The translations under genes were made by a program, and so were the position numbers. From positions 1 through 39,679 of IMG/VR virus record IMGVR_UViG_3300036453_000007: 39,679 nt of DNA, one strand, 5' to 3'. The notes beneath the pieces are model-generated. The model did not search any database, was not told the origin of the DNA, and saw nothing but the letters and a program-made list of their open reading frames with translations. The DNA comes from a virus (Duplodnaviria > Caudoviricetes). Below, piece after piece: positions 1 to 8,720 of the stretch (positions are counted from its first letter, which is position 1; each line of letters begins with the position of its first letter).

Positions 1-130
1 TGTCGAGGCGAGCCCGAGCGGTCTCGGCCGCGAACCCTGAGTCATCGACAGCGGTAGTCCACTCGTCAACACCCTTGGCGCCGGCTTGGTAGAGAGTCGT
101 CGCGGCCGTGATCGTTTCGCGGCCGAAGAC
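1..130. repeat. Terminal direct repeat (circularisation overlap), copy 1
   Basis: Identical to 39551-39679 except GGCCGAAGAC here vs GGCCGAGAC at the end. It lies inside the tape-measure ORF, which reads in frame across the join. Confidence 0.95.
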
Positions 131-1006
131 GATGCCCAACGAGGCATCTCGTGAGGCGTCGTCCATCGTCAAATACGCCTTGCTGAGCTGCCCAGCGGCA
201 TTCTGCATACCGAGGAATGAGCCGTTGGAGTCGTAGAGCGTCAGGCCCAAGCGCTCGATTTCCTTGCGCGCCTCCTTTGATGGCGACGTGAGCGAAGACA
301 GCACGCCCCGTAGAGACGTGCCAGCCTGCTCGCCGATGATGCCCTGCTGAGCGAACAGCGCGAGCACGCCAGTGGTTTCTTCGAGAGATATGCCCATTGC
401 GTTTGCGACAGGACCGACGAACTTGAGCCCGTTGGCGAGGTCGTCAACGGAACCCATCGCCTTGCCCGCACCAGCAGCGAGAACGTCAGCGACATGGCCC
501 GCTTCACTACCGTCGAGCTTGAACTGCTGCAACGTCGTGGAAGCAATCTCAGCCGCCCGAGCCACACCCAACTGACCCGCCGAAGCAAGGTCGAGAGATC
601 CAGCGAGGGCGCCACTGAGAATGGCGGACGTGTCAAGTCCCGCCTTCGACAGTTCCTCGATCGCGTTGGCCGATTCGGTAGCAGAGAACACTGTCGAAGC
701 GCCGGCCTCAATCGCTGCATCCCCAAGGGCCTTCTGATCCTCGGCGGTTGCATGAGTCGCGGCCTGAACGTTCGACATCGCCTGCTCAAAATCGGCGTAC
801 TTCGCAAGCGCCAAACCGACACCGGCCGCGATGGCAGCACCCATAACCAGGGAGGTGCGCCCTAGAAGCTCGAAAGCTTCCTTCTTCTGGGAGAGCTTTT
901 CAGCCTCAGTGCCGGTCTCGCGAGTGGCCTTGGCAGCCTTGTCCATGCCAGAGATGTAGTTGGCGACTTGTGCCTGAAGCGTTACGCGCACGACGCGATC
1001 GGCCAT
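1..1006 (-). CDS. Tape measure protein, N-terminal part (continues at 39550..37812; ~914 aa in total)
   Basis: Not in the ORF track because it runs off the edge. ATG at 1006 follows GGAGG. Translates MADRVVRVTLQAQVANY...FEQAMSNVQAAT...TVFSATESANAIEELSKAG...ADVLAAGA...GLKFVGPVA...QAGTSLR, a TP901-type TMP signature, downstream of the tail chaperones. Confidence 0.95.
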   Translation of the reverse strand, partial: MADRVVRVTLQAQVANYISGMDKAAKATRETGTEAEKLSQKKEAFELLGRTSLVMGAAIAAGVGLALAKYADFEQAMSNVQAATHATAEDQKALGDAAIEAGASTVFSATESANAIEELSKAGLDTSAILSGALAGSLDLASAGQLGVARAAEIASTTLQQFKLDGSEAGHVADVLAAGAGKAMGSVDDLANGLKFVGPVANAMGISLEETTGVLALFAQQGIIGEQAGTSLRGVLSSLTSPSKEARKEIERLGLTLYDSNGSFLGMQNAAGQLSKAYLTMDDASRDASLGIVFGRETITAATTLYQAGAKGVDEWTTAVDDSGFAAETARARLD

Positions 1007-1063
1007 GATTCCTCCGTCGGGTCGGTGTTTAGTTGTGGGGTGCGATCGTGCAAAAACGTGTAG

Positions 1064-1498
1064 CTAGTCCTCGACCTTGCGCGTGCGGAAGATCAGCCCG
1101 TTGAGGTTGGCCTTCTCGCCCGCTTCAACCCGCCAAGCGTCGATGCGATCGAGCCGCGATTTCTCGGCGAAGTCAGTGATGGGTGCATCCGTGACGTACC
1201 GGTAGCCGCCGTCATATTCGTTCGGGTGTGCACGCGGTGACGTGGCCTCCGATATGAGGTGACCATGAGGCCCGATGTCTGCCTCGAGTCGGGCATACGC
1301 GGTCAACCATGCGACCTGCTCATCATCGAACTCAGGCTCGCGATGCTCCATTGACCATGCGAGGCGGCCGTCGTCGTCGTAGCCGTACTCGACAAGCGTC
1401 GAGGGCTCCCACCCGTCCAGGCGGCGAGGCGCGACCTGAAGCTTGGTCGCGAGCGCTAGTTTTTCGTGGAGCGCGCCGTCGCTCCGAATGCTTTTCCC
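1064..1498 (-). CDS. Tail assembly chaperone, -1 frame extension (lambda gpT equivalent)
   Basis: Open frame GKSIRSDGALHEKLA...LIFRTRKVED overlaps the 3' end of the upstream chaperone and is entered at G GGA AAA. It lies directly before the TMP. Confidence 0.8.
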   Translation of the reverse strand, partial: GKSIRSDGALHEKLALATKLQVAPRRLDGWEPSTLVEYGYDDDGRLAWSMEHREPEFDDEQVAWLTAYARLEADIGPHGHLISEATSPRAHPNEYDGGYRYVTDAPITDFAEKSRLDRIDAWRVEAGEKANLNGLIFRTRKVED

Positions 1499-2058
1499 AT
1501 GGCCTCGAGCTGTACCTTTGGCAGGTACTCGTTCAGTCCCCAAATGGTGTTGCGAATACGCGCGACCTCGTGACCGGAACATGCGTCGAGAAGGTCTGCC
1601 CACTCGTCAACCGCAGCAACCCCAGCAGATGCCGGGGTGACGATCAGGGGGATCTCTTCGCCGTCTTCCAGCCGTACGCCGTAACGGTTGCCCTTGGCGT
1701 CGACGTAACGGGCAGCGGCGACCGTCGCGGCGTCGAAGTTGTAGCCGTAGCTCTCATCGATGGGAACGTTCACTCGCGGCGGATGCAGCGACGTAAGCGC
1801 CGCCCACTGGTCACCGGGAAGCTGAGTGAATCGGAACGTGATGATCGAATCGCCGGCCGCTGCTTCCAGCGCGTCAAGCTGTTCCTGCGCGCCAACAGAC
1901 GGCGGGATGGAACCTAAGCGCGGGTCAGGGTCGGGAGCTTCGATTATTGCCAGCAGGCGGTCGCGTTCAGTGGCGAGATCAGCAGCGAGCAGAACGGCAA
2001 CTTCACCTGTAGGTCGTGCGGCCTTCTTGGCTGCGAGTTTTTCAGCAAACGTAGACAT
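1456..2058 (-). CDS. Tail assembly chaperone (lambda gpG equivalent)
   Basis: 200 aa ORF between the major tail and TMP genes, with a slippery site near its end. Confidence 0.85.
   Translation of the reverse strand: MSTFAEKLAAKKAARPTGEVAVLLAADLATERDRLLAIIEAPDPDPRLGSIPPSVGAQEQLDALEAAAGDSIITFRFTQLPGDQWAALTSLHPPRVNVPIDESYGYNFDAATVAAARYVDAKGNRYGVRLEDGEEIPLIVTPASAGVAAVDEWADLLDACSGHEVARIRNTIWGLNEYLPKVQLEAMGKAFGATARSTKN
1492..1498 (-). promoter_or_regulatory. Programmed -1 frameshift slippery site GGGAAAA
   Basis: Minus strand ATG GGA AAA (M-G-K) is an X XXY YYZ heptamer in the correct phase, and the -1 frame is open to 1064. Confidence 0.85.
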
Positions 2059-2145
2059 GGGGAATCCTTCACCGGATCATTCACCGGAAGAGTGGAACCC
2101 CCAGAGCGCTCCGGTGAAAGACGCCCTGGGGGTAGTAGGTGATGG

Positions 2146-2661
2146 TTAGACGACGAGCGCGACGATCGGACCCAGCGAGTCAACGGCAGCGGTCTGCATG
2201 ATCGCGAACTTGCCGGTGCCATCAGTCGGGCCGGGCTGCTGCGGGCCGAGGTTCACGTTGATGACGCGCACCTTCTGAGCTGCAGCCGCGAGCGTGGTCT
2301 GCGGCACGTTGCGGCGCTCGATGAGCTGAAACAGCCCACCAGCAGCGAGGACCACAGCAGCGGAACCGGTGTCGGACGAATCCACGTAGCTCAGGTCAGC
2401 AAGGTCGGGCGTGATCTTCCCGAGCGACTGGCGATCCTGCGGGGAGGTCAGGCGCTCATCCGGGTTCTTGACCTGAGGTGCGGTCAGAACGTACCCACCC
2501 GTCATAAACGAGTAGGTCAGGCGAAAGCACGTGGCGCCACCGAGAGTCGCCGCCGAGGGAGCGGACTGGGAAACCGTGCGACCGGGGATGGCCCAGATCG
2601 TGAGGTTGCCGGTCATGTCAATCGCGGAGGGTCCTGAGAAGAGTTCAGCGACATCAGCCAT
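2146..2661 (-). CDS. Major tail (tube) protein
   Basis: Start MADVAELF at 2661 after AAGGA. Synteny, plus actinophage tail-tube-like motifs (LTYSF, DERLTSPQDRQSLGK). Confidence 0.85.
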   Translation of the reverse strand: MADVAELFSGPSAIDMTGNLTIWAIPGRTVSQSAPSAATLGGATCFRLTYSFMTGGYVLTAPQVKNPDERLTSPQDRQSLGKITPDLADLSYVDSSDTGSAAVVLAAGGLFQLIERRNVPQTTLAAAAQKVRVINVNLGPQQPGPTDGTGKFAIMQTAAVDSLGPIVALVV

Positions 2662-2750
2662 GGGTAATTCCTTTCGGTTCCCCGAGGGCCGGGGGTATGG
2701 ATTCCGGGCATGCCGGAGACACCGACCGGGTGGCCGGTGAAGAGGTTGGG

Positions 2751-3161
2751 TTACGCGGAGAGGGTGGACTCGAATCCGCACTCAGCCGTATGGAACAGAA
2801 GCGGAGGCGTTACGTCGTCGTCGGTCTGGATCGGCTGCGGCGATGAGTACGAGACACGCCCTGCAATCTCGCCCGTGATGGTTGGCGTGACACCGAGGCC
2901 AGCGATGATCAGAACGGCCTTGACTTGCTCGGCAGCCCACGCGCATTGATCGTAGGTAGAGCCGACACTGTGAATCACCCAGCGCGGATTCTGAACGGTG
3001 TCAGGGCCTGCGAGACGGTCTGAGATGTCGCGGCCATCGCTGGGATGGATTAGGACATATGGCAGGGGAGTGTTCGCGGGGGCTACCGTTACGAACGTGT
3101 TGGATGCGAACGCGGGGATCGACTGGATGCGTGATTTGAGCCAGGTGGTGTGGACCCTCAA
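2751..3161 (-). CDS. Tail terminator / tail completion protein
   Basis: 136 aa, PLPYVLIHP motif, position just upstream of the major tail gene. Confidence 0.75.
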   Translation of the reverse strand: MRVHTTWLKSRIQSIPAFASNTFVTVAPANTPLPYVLIHPSDGRDISDRLAGPDTVQNPRWVIHSVGSTYDQCAWAAEQVKAVLIIAGLGVTPTITGEIAGRVSYSSPQPIQTDDDVTPPLLFHTAECGFESTLSA

Positions 3162-3568
3162 AGGCCACCTGCTTTCAGTGCGTCGTCAATGGCCTGCGTG
3201 ATGCCCTTTTCAAAGTCGGCCTCGTTGTCAGTGAGTGCCGTTTGTAGGTCGAGGTGGGGGGCGACTGAGGGGGTGCCGAACTCGCGAATGTTGCCGAGCT
3301 TGCCAGCGCCCTTGTCCTTCGAATAACCGATCTCGGATTCAATCACCGAGCCAGTACCATTCGCGCCGACCGTGATCTCATAGTCGATCGCCGAGGGGAG
3401 AGCGCGCCACTGGTTGCTACCAGACTTGACCGAATTGCGCGCCGCATCCCGGACCAGCCGAGACGTGAACTGGACCGCGGAGTTGATGAACGGGCCGGTG
3501 TTATTGGCGACCTCGCCCAGATCGGCAGAGAGCGAACGGATCTCGTCAAAGTTGAAATCGGGGCTCAC
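3158..3568 (-). CDS. Neck protein (HK97 gp10-like)
   Basis: 136 aa with GNIREFGT...PHL motif; synteny. Confidence 0.75.
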   Translation of the reverse strand: MSPDFNFDEIRSLSADLGEVANNTGPFINSAVQFTSRLVRDAARNSVKSGSNQWRALPSAIDYEITVGANGTGSVIESEIGYSKDKGAGKLGNIREFGTPSVAPHLDLQTALTDNEADFEKGITQAIDDALKAGGL

Positions 3569-3966
3569 GAGATGGACTCCACTGGAAAGCGATGCGCGGA
3601 GACTTGACCAGCCTGCGCGAGGCCCTTGATGCGGAACGTGCGGCCGATCAGGTCAGAGTCGACGGTGGAACCCGTCACCTTCACCACGTCATCGACACGC
3701 ACCTGAGATGCGAGGCCAACGGGAAGGTGCAGAGTCACGTCCTGCGCGGCCAGAGTCTGCCCCACAGGCGTTTGCTCGGAGACTGTGAGTGTTGGGTACT
3801 TGATGCGAGCCTTGCCCGTGTAGTGGGAGACGATGACATCGGGGTATTTGCCCGTGCTCTCGTCCATGACCGTGCCGGGGGTGGTAGTTGTGACCGTGAC
3901 GGATTCGGACATGCGGGCGTTTGCTTGCGCGCGACCCATCGCCAGCGCGCCGGTGAGCATGCTCAC
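3565..3966 (-). CDS. Head-to-tail stopper (head closure)
   Basis: 133 aa beta-rich protein (YTGKARI...LHLPV...VRVDDVVKV...GRTFRI); synteny. Confidence 0.75.
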   Translation of the reverse strand: MSMLTGALAMGRAQANARMSESVTVTTTTPGTVMDESTGKYPDVIVSHYTGKARIKYPTLTVSEQTPVGQTLAAQDVTLHLPVGLASQVRVDDVVKVTGSTVDSDLIGRTFRIKGLAQAGQVSAHRFPVESIS

Positions 3967-4523
3967 CGCATCCCCACAACATGAGTGCCCGTGCTGTACT
4001 GGCGCCGGATCATCTCAACGTTGCGATCTGACAGGCTGATACCCGTCGACTCGCCGGCATCTGCGAACGCCGCCTTGAAGTCATCGATGGCGACTGATGA
4101 TAGACCGCCAGCTGTAAGACCTAGCTTGAGCTCGAGCGGCAGTAGGACCTGAGACACCAGGACCATAGTCCACCGCTTCAAGCCTGCAGGAGCGAGCGCG
4201 TGCCCGTAAGTGAAAGTTATCTCCACCGGCTCGCTGCCGTCGACGTACACGGCAGTATCGCGGCGCTCAAACGTAATCGGCAGCCCGGCGCGAGTGACCG
4301 AACCAACAGATACCACCGGGTGCGCAGGCAAATCAACCCGCCCGCCATCCGGCCACGCCTGAAACGTAGCCGACGACTGGGGGAACACCTGCGCCCCGAT
4401 GACATCCTCACGGAGATAAGTGGACGCATCCTGCAATAGAGCCGTGATCCAAGCCTGCTCGTCAACCGTGAAAACACGCTTGAGTCGCAAGCCGAGATCC
4501 GTGTGTGTAGCGAATGCGTCCAC
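3963..4523 (-). CDS. Head-to-tail adaptor
   Basis: 186 aa, FATHTDL...LLQDAS...EITFTYGH motifs, follows the capsid gene, GTG start after GGAG. Confidence 0.8.
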   Translation of the reverse strand: MDAFATHTDLGLRLKRVFTVDEQAWITALLQDASTYLREDVIGAQVFPQSSATFQAWPDGGRVDLPAHPVVSVGSVTRAGLPITFERRDTAVYVDGSEPVEITFTYGHALAPAGLKRWTMVLVSQVLLPLELKLGLTAGGLSSVAIDDFKAAFADAGESTGISLSDRNVEMIRRQYSTGTHVVGMR

Positions 4524-4532
4524 TTTTTACTC

Positions 4533-4670
4533 CTATTTCTTTGCCGCGGGTACAGCCTTCGGCTTCGGTTCCGCCACAATCACGTAGTCATCCACGTTCT
4601 TGAGCAGAGACTCAGCCAGATCATCAGACACCTCGAGCACGAGCCCGTTAGGACCCTTGATCTTCGGCAT
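4533..4670 (-). CDS. Small protein following the major capsid gene (45 aa)
   Basis: Hand-translated MPKIKGPNGLVLEVSDDLAESLLKNVDDYVIVAEPKPKAVPAAKK. TAATG overlap with the capsid stop; fills the gap to the next gene's RBS. Confidence 0.75.
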   Translation of the reverse strand: MPKIKGPNGLVLEVSDDLAESLLKNVDDYVIVAEPKPKAVPAAKK

Positions 4671-5512
4671 TAGATGATTACGTCAGCCGCAGCCAGAGCG
4701 GTCGGGCGGACAACCTTGGAGCCGTACAGGTGCAGGCCCTTGACGATGTCAGCGAAGCCCTTTTCCTTGCGGGTCGCCTCGGTCTTTGCGATCTGCTCGG
4801 CGTAGGTCGTCGCCATGTCAGATCCGGCGATGATGAGCTTTCCAGCTCCGACGCCGGGACCGTCAGGGGCGTTGTTAGACACGCGAAGGGAGAAGCCAGC
4901 AGCTTCACCGATCAGGCCGTTGGCGCGAACGCCGGCACCCGAAGAGTCGCCCGAAGCAATGAAGCGAGTGTCCTTGAGCAGGAGCCCGCGGAACTTCGGG
5001 GTAACGATGGCGAAACGGCCCTCGGTCGGAACGTTGTCCTCGTCCAGAATTACGGACAGGTCAACGAGCTTCTCGTAAGCGTTCGCAGCGGTGACGGTCG
5101 ACTCGGCGAGCAGGTTGCCCGCGTCGAGACCGGCAGCCATGAGACCGGCAACGTACTGGTCGGCGATGTCGCGCAGCTTGTAAGCGGCTTTGCGTGCCTG
5201 CTCGGAGAGAACTCCGCCGCGGGCCTGACGGGCCTCGATGTCATCGACAGCGAAGGCGAAATACTTCGACTGGTTGATGAGCAGCAGCAGGTTGGTGTCA
5301 TCGACATCTTCAATGACGATGTCGGTGTGCGGCGTGTACGTGCCAATGGTCGGGTCGGCCAGCGACGTGATGCGGACCGTGTCACCGAACTGGGAGATTT
5401 CTCCCTCGTAGTCACGGTTTACGACACCGGGGGCTGCGTACACGAGGGCCTTTTCGAGTGCAACGAGCAGCTCGGCGGACCATACTTCTGGCTTGAATGC
5501 GTCGATCGCCAT
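4670..5512 (-). CDS. Major capsid protein (HK97 fold, P22 coat-like)
   Basis: FKPEVWSAELL...VNRDYEGEI..GDTVRI...INQSKYFAF.VDD...GLHLYGSKVVRP is a recognisable capsid signature. Confidence 0.93.
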   Translation of the reverse strand: MAIDAFKPEVWSAELLVALEKALVYAAPGVVNRDYEGEISQFGDTVRITSLADPTIGTYTPHTDIVIEDVDDTNLLLLINQSKYFAFAVDDIEARQARGGVLSEQARKAAYKLRDIADQYVAGLMAAGLDAGNLLAESTVTAANAYEKLVDLSVILDEDNVPTEGRFAIVTPKFRGLLLKDTRFIASGDSSGAGVRANGLIGEAAGFSLRVSNNAPDGPGVGAGKLIIAGSDMATTYAEQIAKTEATRKEKGFADIVKGLHLYGSKVVRPTALAAADVII

Positions 5513-5544
5513 GTGGGATCAACTCCTTTCGGTTAGGGGGTGTT

Positions 5545-6183
5545 TCAGGATTTGAGGTAGTCGTCAAGCTGCCCAGCGTTCTTCGCGGCAACGATCTGCT
5601 GCGGGCTGAGCTTCTTTAGGTCTTCCCCGTTGAGTTGCGCCGGACGCGTGGACTCGTTGCGAGTGCCGGTGTCGCCCGAACCCTGGAACCGTTTGCCGCC
5701 TTGCGCCGCTAGGTAGGGTTTTGATGCAATGAGGTCGTCAATCGCAGATGCGACTGTGGCGGCGTCAATATCGCCGTCCTCCCCGACTTCAAAGGAGGAA
5801 AGATCAAGGAACCGCAAAGCATCTGCGGGGTCGTTCAGCTTGGTGGCAGCAGCAGCGCGCACCTCGGCCTTGAGGATGCGCTGATTGGCTGCGGAGAGTG
5901 CATCATCGCGCACCTTCTGGTTGTCCTGGTCGAGCTTGTGCTCGGCTTCACGACCCTCGGCGGTGGCCTTGTAGGCGGCGAACTCGGTGGCGGAGTCTTT
6001 GGCGGCCGTTTCGGCTGCGCGCCACTTCGCCTTCATCGAGTCGAGGGCCTTCTTGCCGGCGTCACCGAGGGATTCGGCTCCAGCGTTATCGTCGGCTGCG
6101 GCGGATGCAGCAGTAGCTGCTGAAGCTTCGGCGGCTGCCGTGGCTTCAGCTTCGGCGGCGGTGGTTTCTTCTACGGTGGGCAT
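5545..6183 (-). CDS. Capsid scaffolding protein
   Basis: 212 aa, acidic and helical, LGDAGKKALD...DPADA...KPYLA motifs, immediately upstream of the capsid gene. Confidence 0.88.
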   Translation of the reverse strand: MPTVEETTAAEAEATAAAEASAATAASAAADDNAGAESLGDAGKKALDSMKAKWRAAETAAKDSATEFAAYKATAEGREAEHKLDQDNQKVRDDALSAANQRILKAEVRAAAATKLNDPADALRFLDLSSFEVGEDGDIDAATVASAIDDLIASKPYLAAQGGKRFQGSGDTGTRNESTRPAQLNGEDLKKLSPQQIVAAKNAGQLDDYLKS

Positions 6184-6231
6184 GTTGCTCCAATTTGCTT
6201 GGTCGCCGCATTGCGCGACTGATGGGTGGTG

Positions 6232-7269
6232 CTAGAAATCCATGTATCCGTAACGCGCCAGCAGTTCGCGCGCTCGCTCGGGGTTGTTGCCGGCCATGAT
6301 CTGAATCTGCTCGGGCATCAGGCGCAGCGTCGTCGTGCGGCGGTAGCGACCTTCCTTTGCAGCGGTGAACGTTGCCGCGCCCTCGGACCGTGCGAATGCG
6401 CCTCGAGCGGTCGTGCCCTCGCCGGTGATAAAGACGTTCAGCGGAGATCCGTCAGCCTTCACTCCGATGCGTGTCTGCACGAGTCGCGCAGGTGCGCCGA
6501 GCTCGCCGCCCTTTGTCATGCCGCGGCGGGCATTGACTACGCTGATCGGATTGGCGCCCTCGCGGATGGCAAACGCGCCCGACTTGGTAAACACCCGGTC
6601 TTGCTCGGCTTCAGACAGCGACTCGAAATACTCAGTCGGGGTGTCGTGGAAGCCTTCAGGTGGGCCCTGTCCATTGGGAACGGGAACCGACGTGCAGCGA
6701 CAGCGCGGGTGACGATCGAACGGTTTGCGGTAGTCGTCACGGCCGGCAAGGATTGCGCAGCGTGAGCATGCACCTGCCGAGACAACACGCACATACCGCG
6801 TGAAGCCCTTGCCCGTTGCGAGCGTGGCGTCTGCTTGCCTGCCCATGTCCTGAACGGCCGCACCGATGATCGTCGCCAGGAAACTCGCGCCGACCTCAAA
6901 CGCTCGAGCAGGATTCATGCCCGCGCCGATCGCTCGCTTCGTCGTCGTGACCGCGCCGAACAATGCCGGGGCAACTTCGCGCCCATCGAGCATGACGCCG
7001 CCGAACGCCTCAGGCACCAGGACAGCCCGCTGTGCGTCGTAATCCCACGCCTCCGACACCGCGTTCATGTACGGCGTCGACTGGCGTGCAGCGGTCACCT
7101 GAGCGGCTGTGACCACCGTTGTGAGGGTCGGCGCTATCCGATCCCAGGACGCATCCAAGTTGCCAACGTCACCCTGCCGCCAAATGCGGAGACTCTTAGC
7201 CGTGGCGCGATGCGTGAGACGTTCGCGCCGGTCCTGCAGGTCAACCGCCAGATCAAGGAGTTGGCTCAA
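6232..7269 (-). CDS. MuF-like minor head / capsid maturation protein
   Basis: Follows the portal; YVRVV...CSRCAILAG...FDRHPRCRC Cys/His motif. Confidence 0.75.
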   Translation of the reverse strand: MSQLLDLAVDLQDRRERLTHRATAKSLRIWRQGDVGNLDASWDRIAPTLTTVVTAAQVTAARQSTPYMNAVSEAWDYDAQRAVLVPEAFGGVMLDGREVAPALFGAVTTTKRAIGAGMNPARAFEVGASFLATIIGAAVQDMGRQADATLATGKGFTRYVRVVSAGACSRCAILAGRDDYRKPFDRHPRCRCTSVPVPNGQGPPEGFHDTPTEYFESLSEAEQDRVFTKSGAFAIREGANPISVVNARRGMTKGGELGAPARLVQTRIGVKADGSPLNVFITGEGTTARGAFARSEGAATFTAAKEGRYRRTTTLRLMPEQIQIMAGNNPERARELLARYGYMDF

Positions 7270-8704
7270 TGGGTGCCTCGGAATCTATCGCAGCTTGCAC
7301 ACCGAACGACATCGCCTCTTCGGACTCACGCGCAGCCATAGCAAGCACGCGCTTGACCTCGAGCGGGTCTAGCCCGTCCACCTCCATGAGGTACTCGAGC
7401 GGGTAGCCCATCTGCTTCTTCTTCACGAGAGCGTCGGCAAGCTGGGACTCAGACCGGATCTCCGGGTTCATCCATGCAACCGTCGCCAGCCGTGTCGCCT
7501 GCGCGAGCTTCTGGTCACCCATTGCGAGAGCTACGAGGCGGTACACCTCACGCAGCGCCGGGGTGGCGAACGTCTGGAACTCGAGCGTCTTCTTGACAAG
7601 CCCGATCTCCGACGCCTTCAACCCCTCGCCGTTCACGTTCGACATGCCCGTCTTGGATACGAGGTACGTCGGCGGTGTGCGGGTCTGTGCCGCGATGTGA
7701 CCGACTGCGATCTCGATAGTGTCCGTGAACACGTCGAGCTTGGCGGCATCCCATGAATCGATCGACGTGTCAGGTCCCGACAGGTACAGGAGCCGTTTTT
7801 CAGCTAGGTCCTTCATGTCGACGGCCTTCTTGCCGATCTCCTTGCCGGTGTTATCCAGAATCGGAGTCATCGGCGGGCCTTGGTGCAACACCACACGGGC
7901 AGGCATCGAGGCATAATCAGCAGAGAGAAACAGGTACGCCCAGAGCAGGTTGATCGCGTCCTGCATCGGCATGACGCCCTGAATCTCAGAGACAGGGTCG
8001 CCACGCAGCATCGGCCGGTTCGGGATCTCCACGACAGGGACGACGCCGATCGGGTTCGGCAAGGGCCATACCTCGCCGGCGACCTCGCGCACGGTCCAGC
8101 CGCCCTCAGAAACAGCATCGACCTTCGCCTGCTCAGCCTGGGACTTCTTGTCATCCTTGGCGATGGAGCGCGACCGCTGGAACTTCCACACCTGATCGGG
8201 CGTGTATAGAGTCGCGTATTCCAGCTTCTCGTCAGCCCACGTCTTCAGCGCAGCCTTGCGAATGCGCGGGTTGGCCCAGTCATACTCAATCTCGACATCC
8301 GACGCATGCTCCCACGTGATCGTCGGCTCATCGTTCGAGTCGCCCCAGACAATGACGAACGACCGAGAAGTGATCAGCGACGAGACGAAGCCCTGCGAGG
8401 ACTGCATCTCCATCTCGTTGTAAAGCCACTGATTCCACAGCTTCTCAGCCGCAGCATCCATGCCATTGCCGAGCTTCAAGCCAGTGTGCTTGATCCGCTC
8501 ACCCTCGGCGTCGACCACGGGGCGCGTCCAGTTATCCGAAAAGCCGGCGTACCGGGAAGCGTTCGCCTTCCTCCACTCATCCGTGGCGAACGACAAGGGC
8601 TGCTTGCCCTCGTAATACTGCTCGCGGCGATCGAAGACCGGACGACGACCGACAAGGCGGGCGTAAATCCGGTTCGTGAGCCTGAGGGCTTCCAAGTAAT
8701 CCAA
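7253..8704 (-). CDS. Portal protein (SPP1 gp6-like)
   Basis: YYEGKQPL...NWTRPVVD...NPIGVVPVVE.PN...QDAIN...GEGLKA motifs. Start moved to TTG 8704 after GGAGGG, which avoids overlap with terL. Confidence 0.92.
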   Translation of the reverse strand: MDYLEALRLTNRIYARLVGRRPVFDRREQYYEGKQPLSFATDEWRKANASRYAGFSDNWTRPVVDAEGERIKHTGLKLGNGMDAAAEKLWNQWLYNEMEMQSSQGFVSSLITSRSFVIVWGDSNDEPTITWEHASDVEIEYDWANPRIRKAALKTWADEKLEYATLYTPDQVWKFQRSRSIAKDDKKSQAEQAKVDAVSEGGWTVREVAGEVWPLPNPIGVVPVVEIPNRPMLRGDPVSEIQGVMPMQDAINLLWAYLFLSADYASMPARVVLHQGPPMTPILDNTGKEIGKKAVDMKDLAEKRLLYLSGPDTSIDSWDAAKLDVFTDTIEIAVGHIAAQTRTPPTYLVSKTGMSNVNGEGLKASEIGLVKKTLEFQTFATPALREVYRLVALAMGDQKLAQATRLATVAWMNPEIRSESQLADALVKKKQMGYPLEYLMEVDGLDPLEVKRVLAMAARESEEAMSFGVQAAIDSEAPIEPTP

Positions 8705-8720
8705 GGGACCCTCCAACGGG

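Noticed and set aside
1459-1465. GAAAAAC as the chaperone frameshift site
   Set aside because: Not a perfect X XXY YYZ heptamer. The upstream GGGAAAA is canonical and enters the same frame.
6232-7269. MuF-fused polymorphic toxin
   Set aside because: No recognisable C-terminal toxin domain and no downstream immunity gene; the scaffold gene follows directly.
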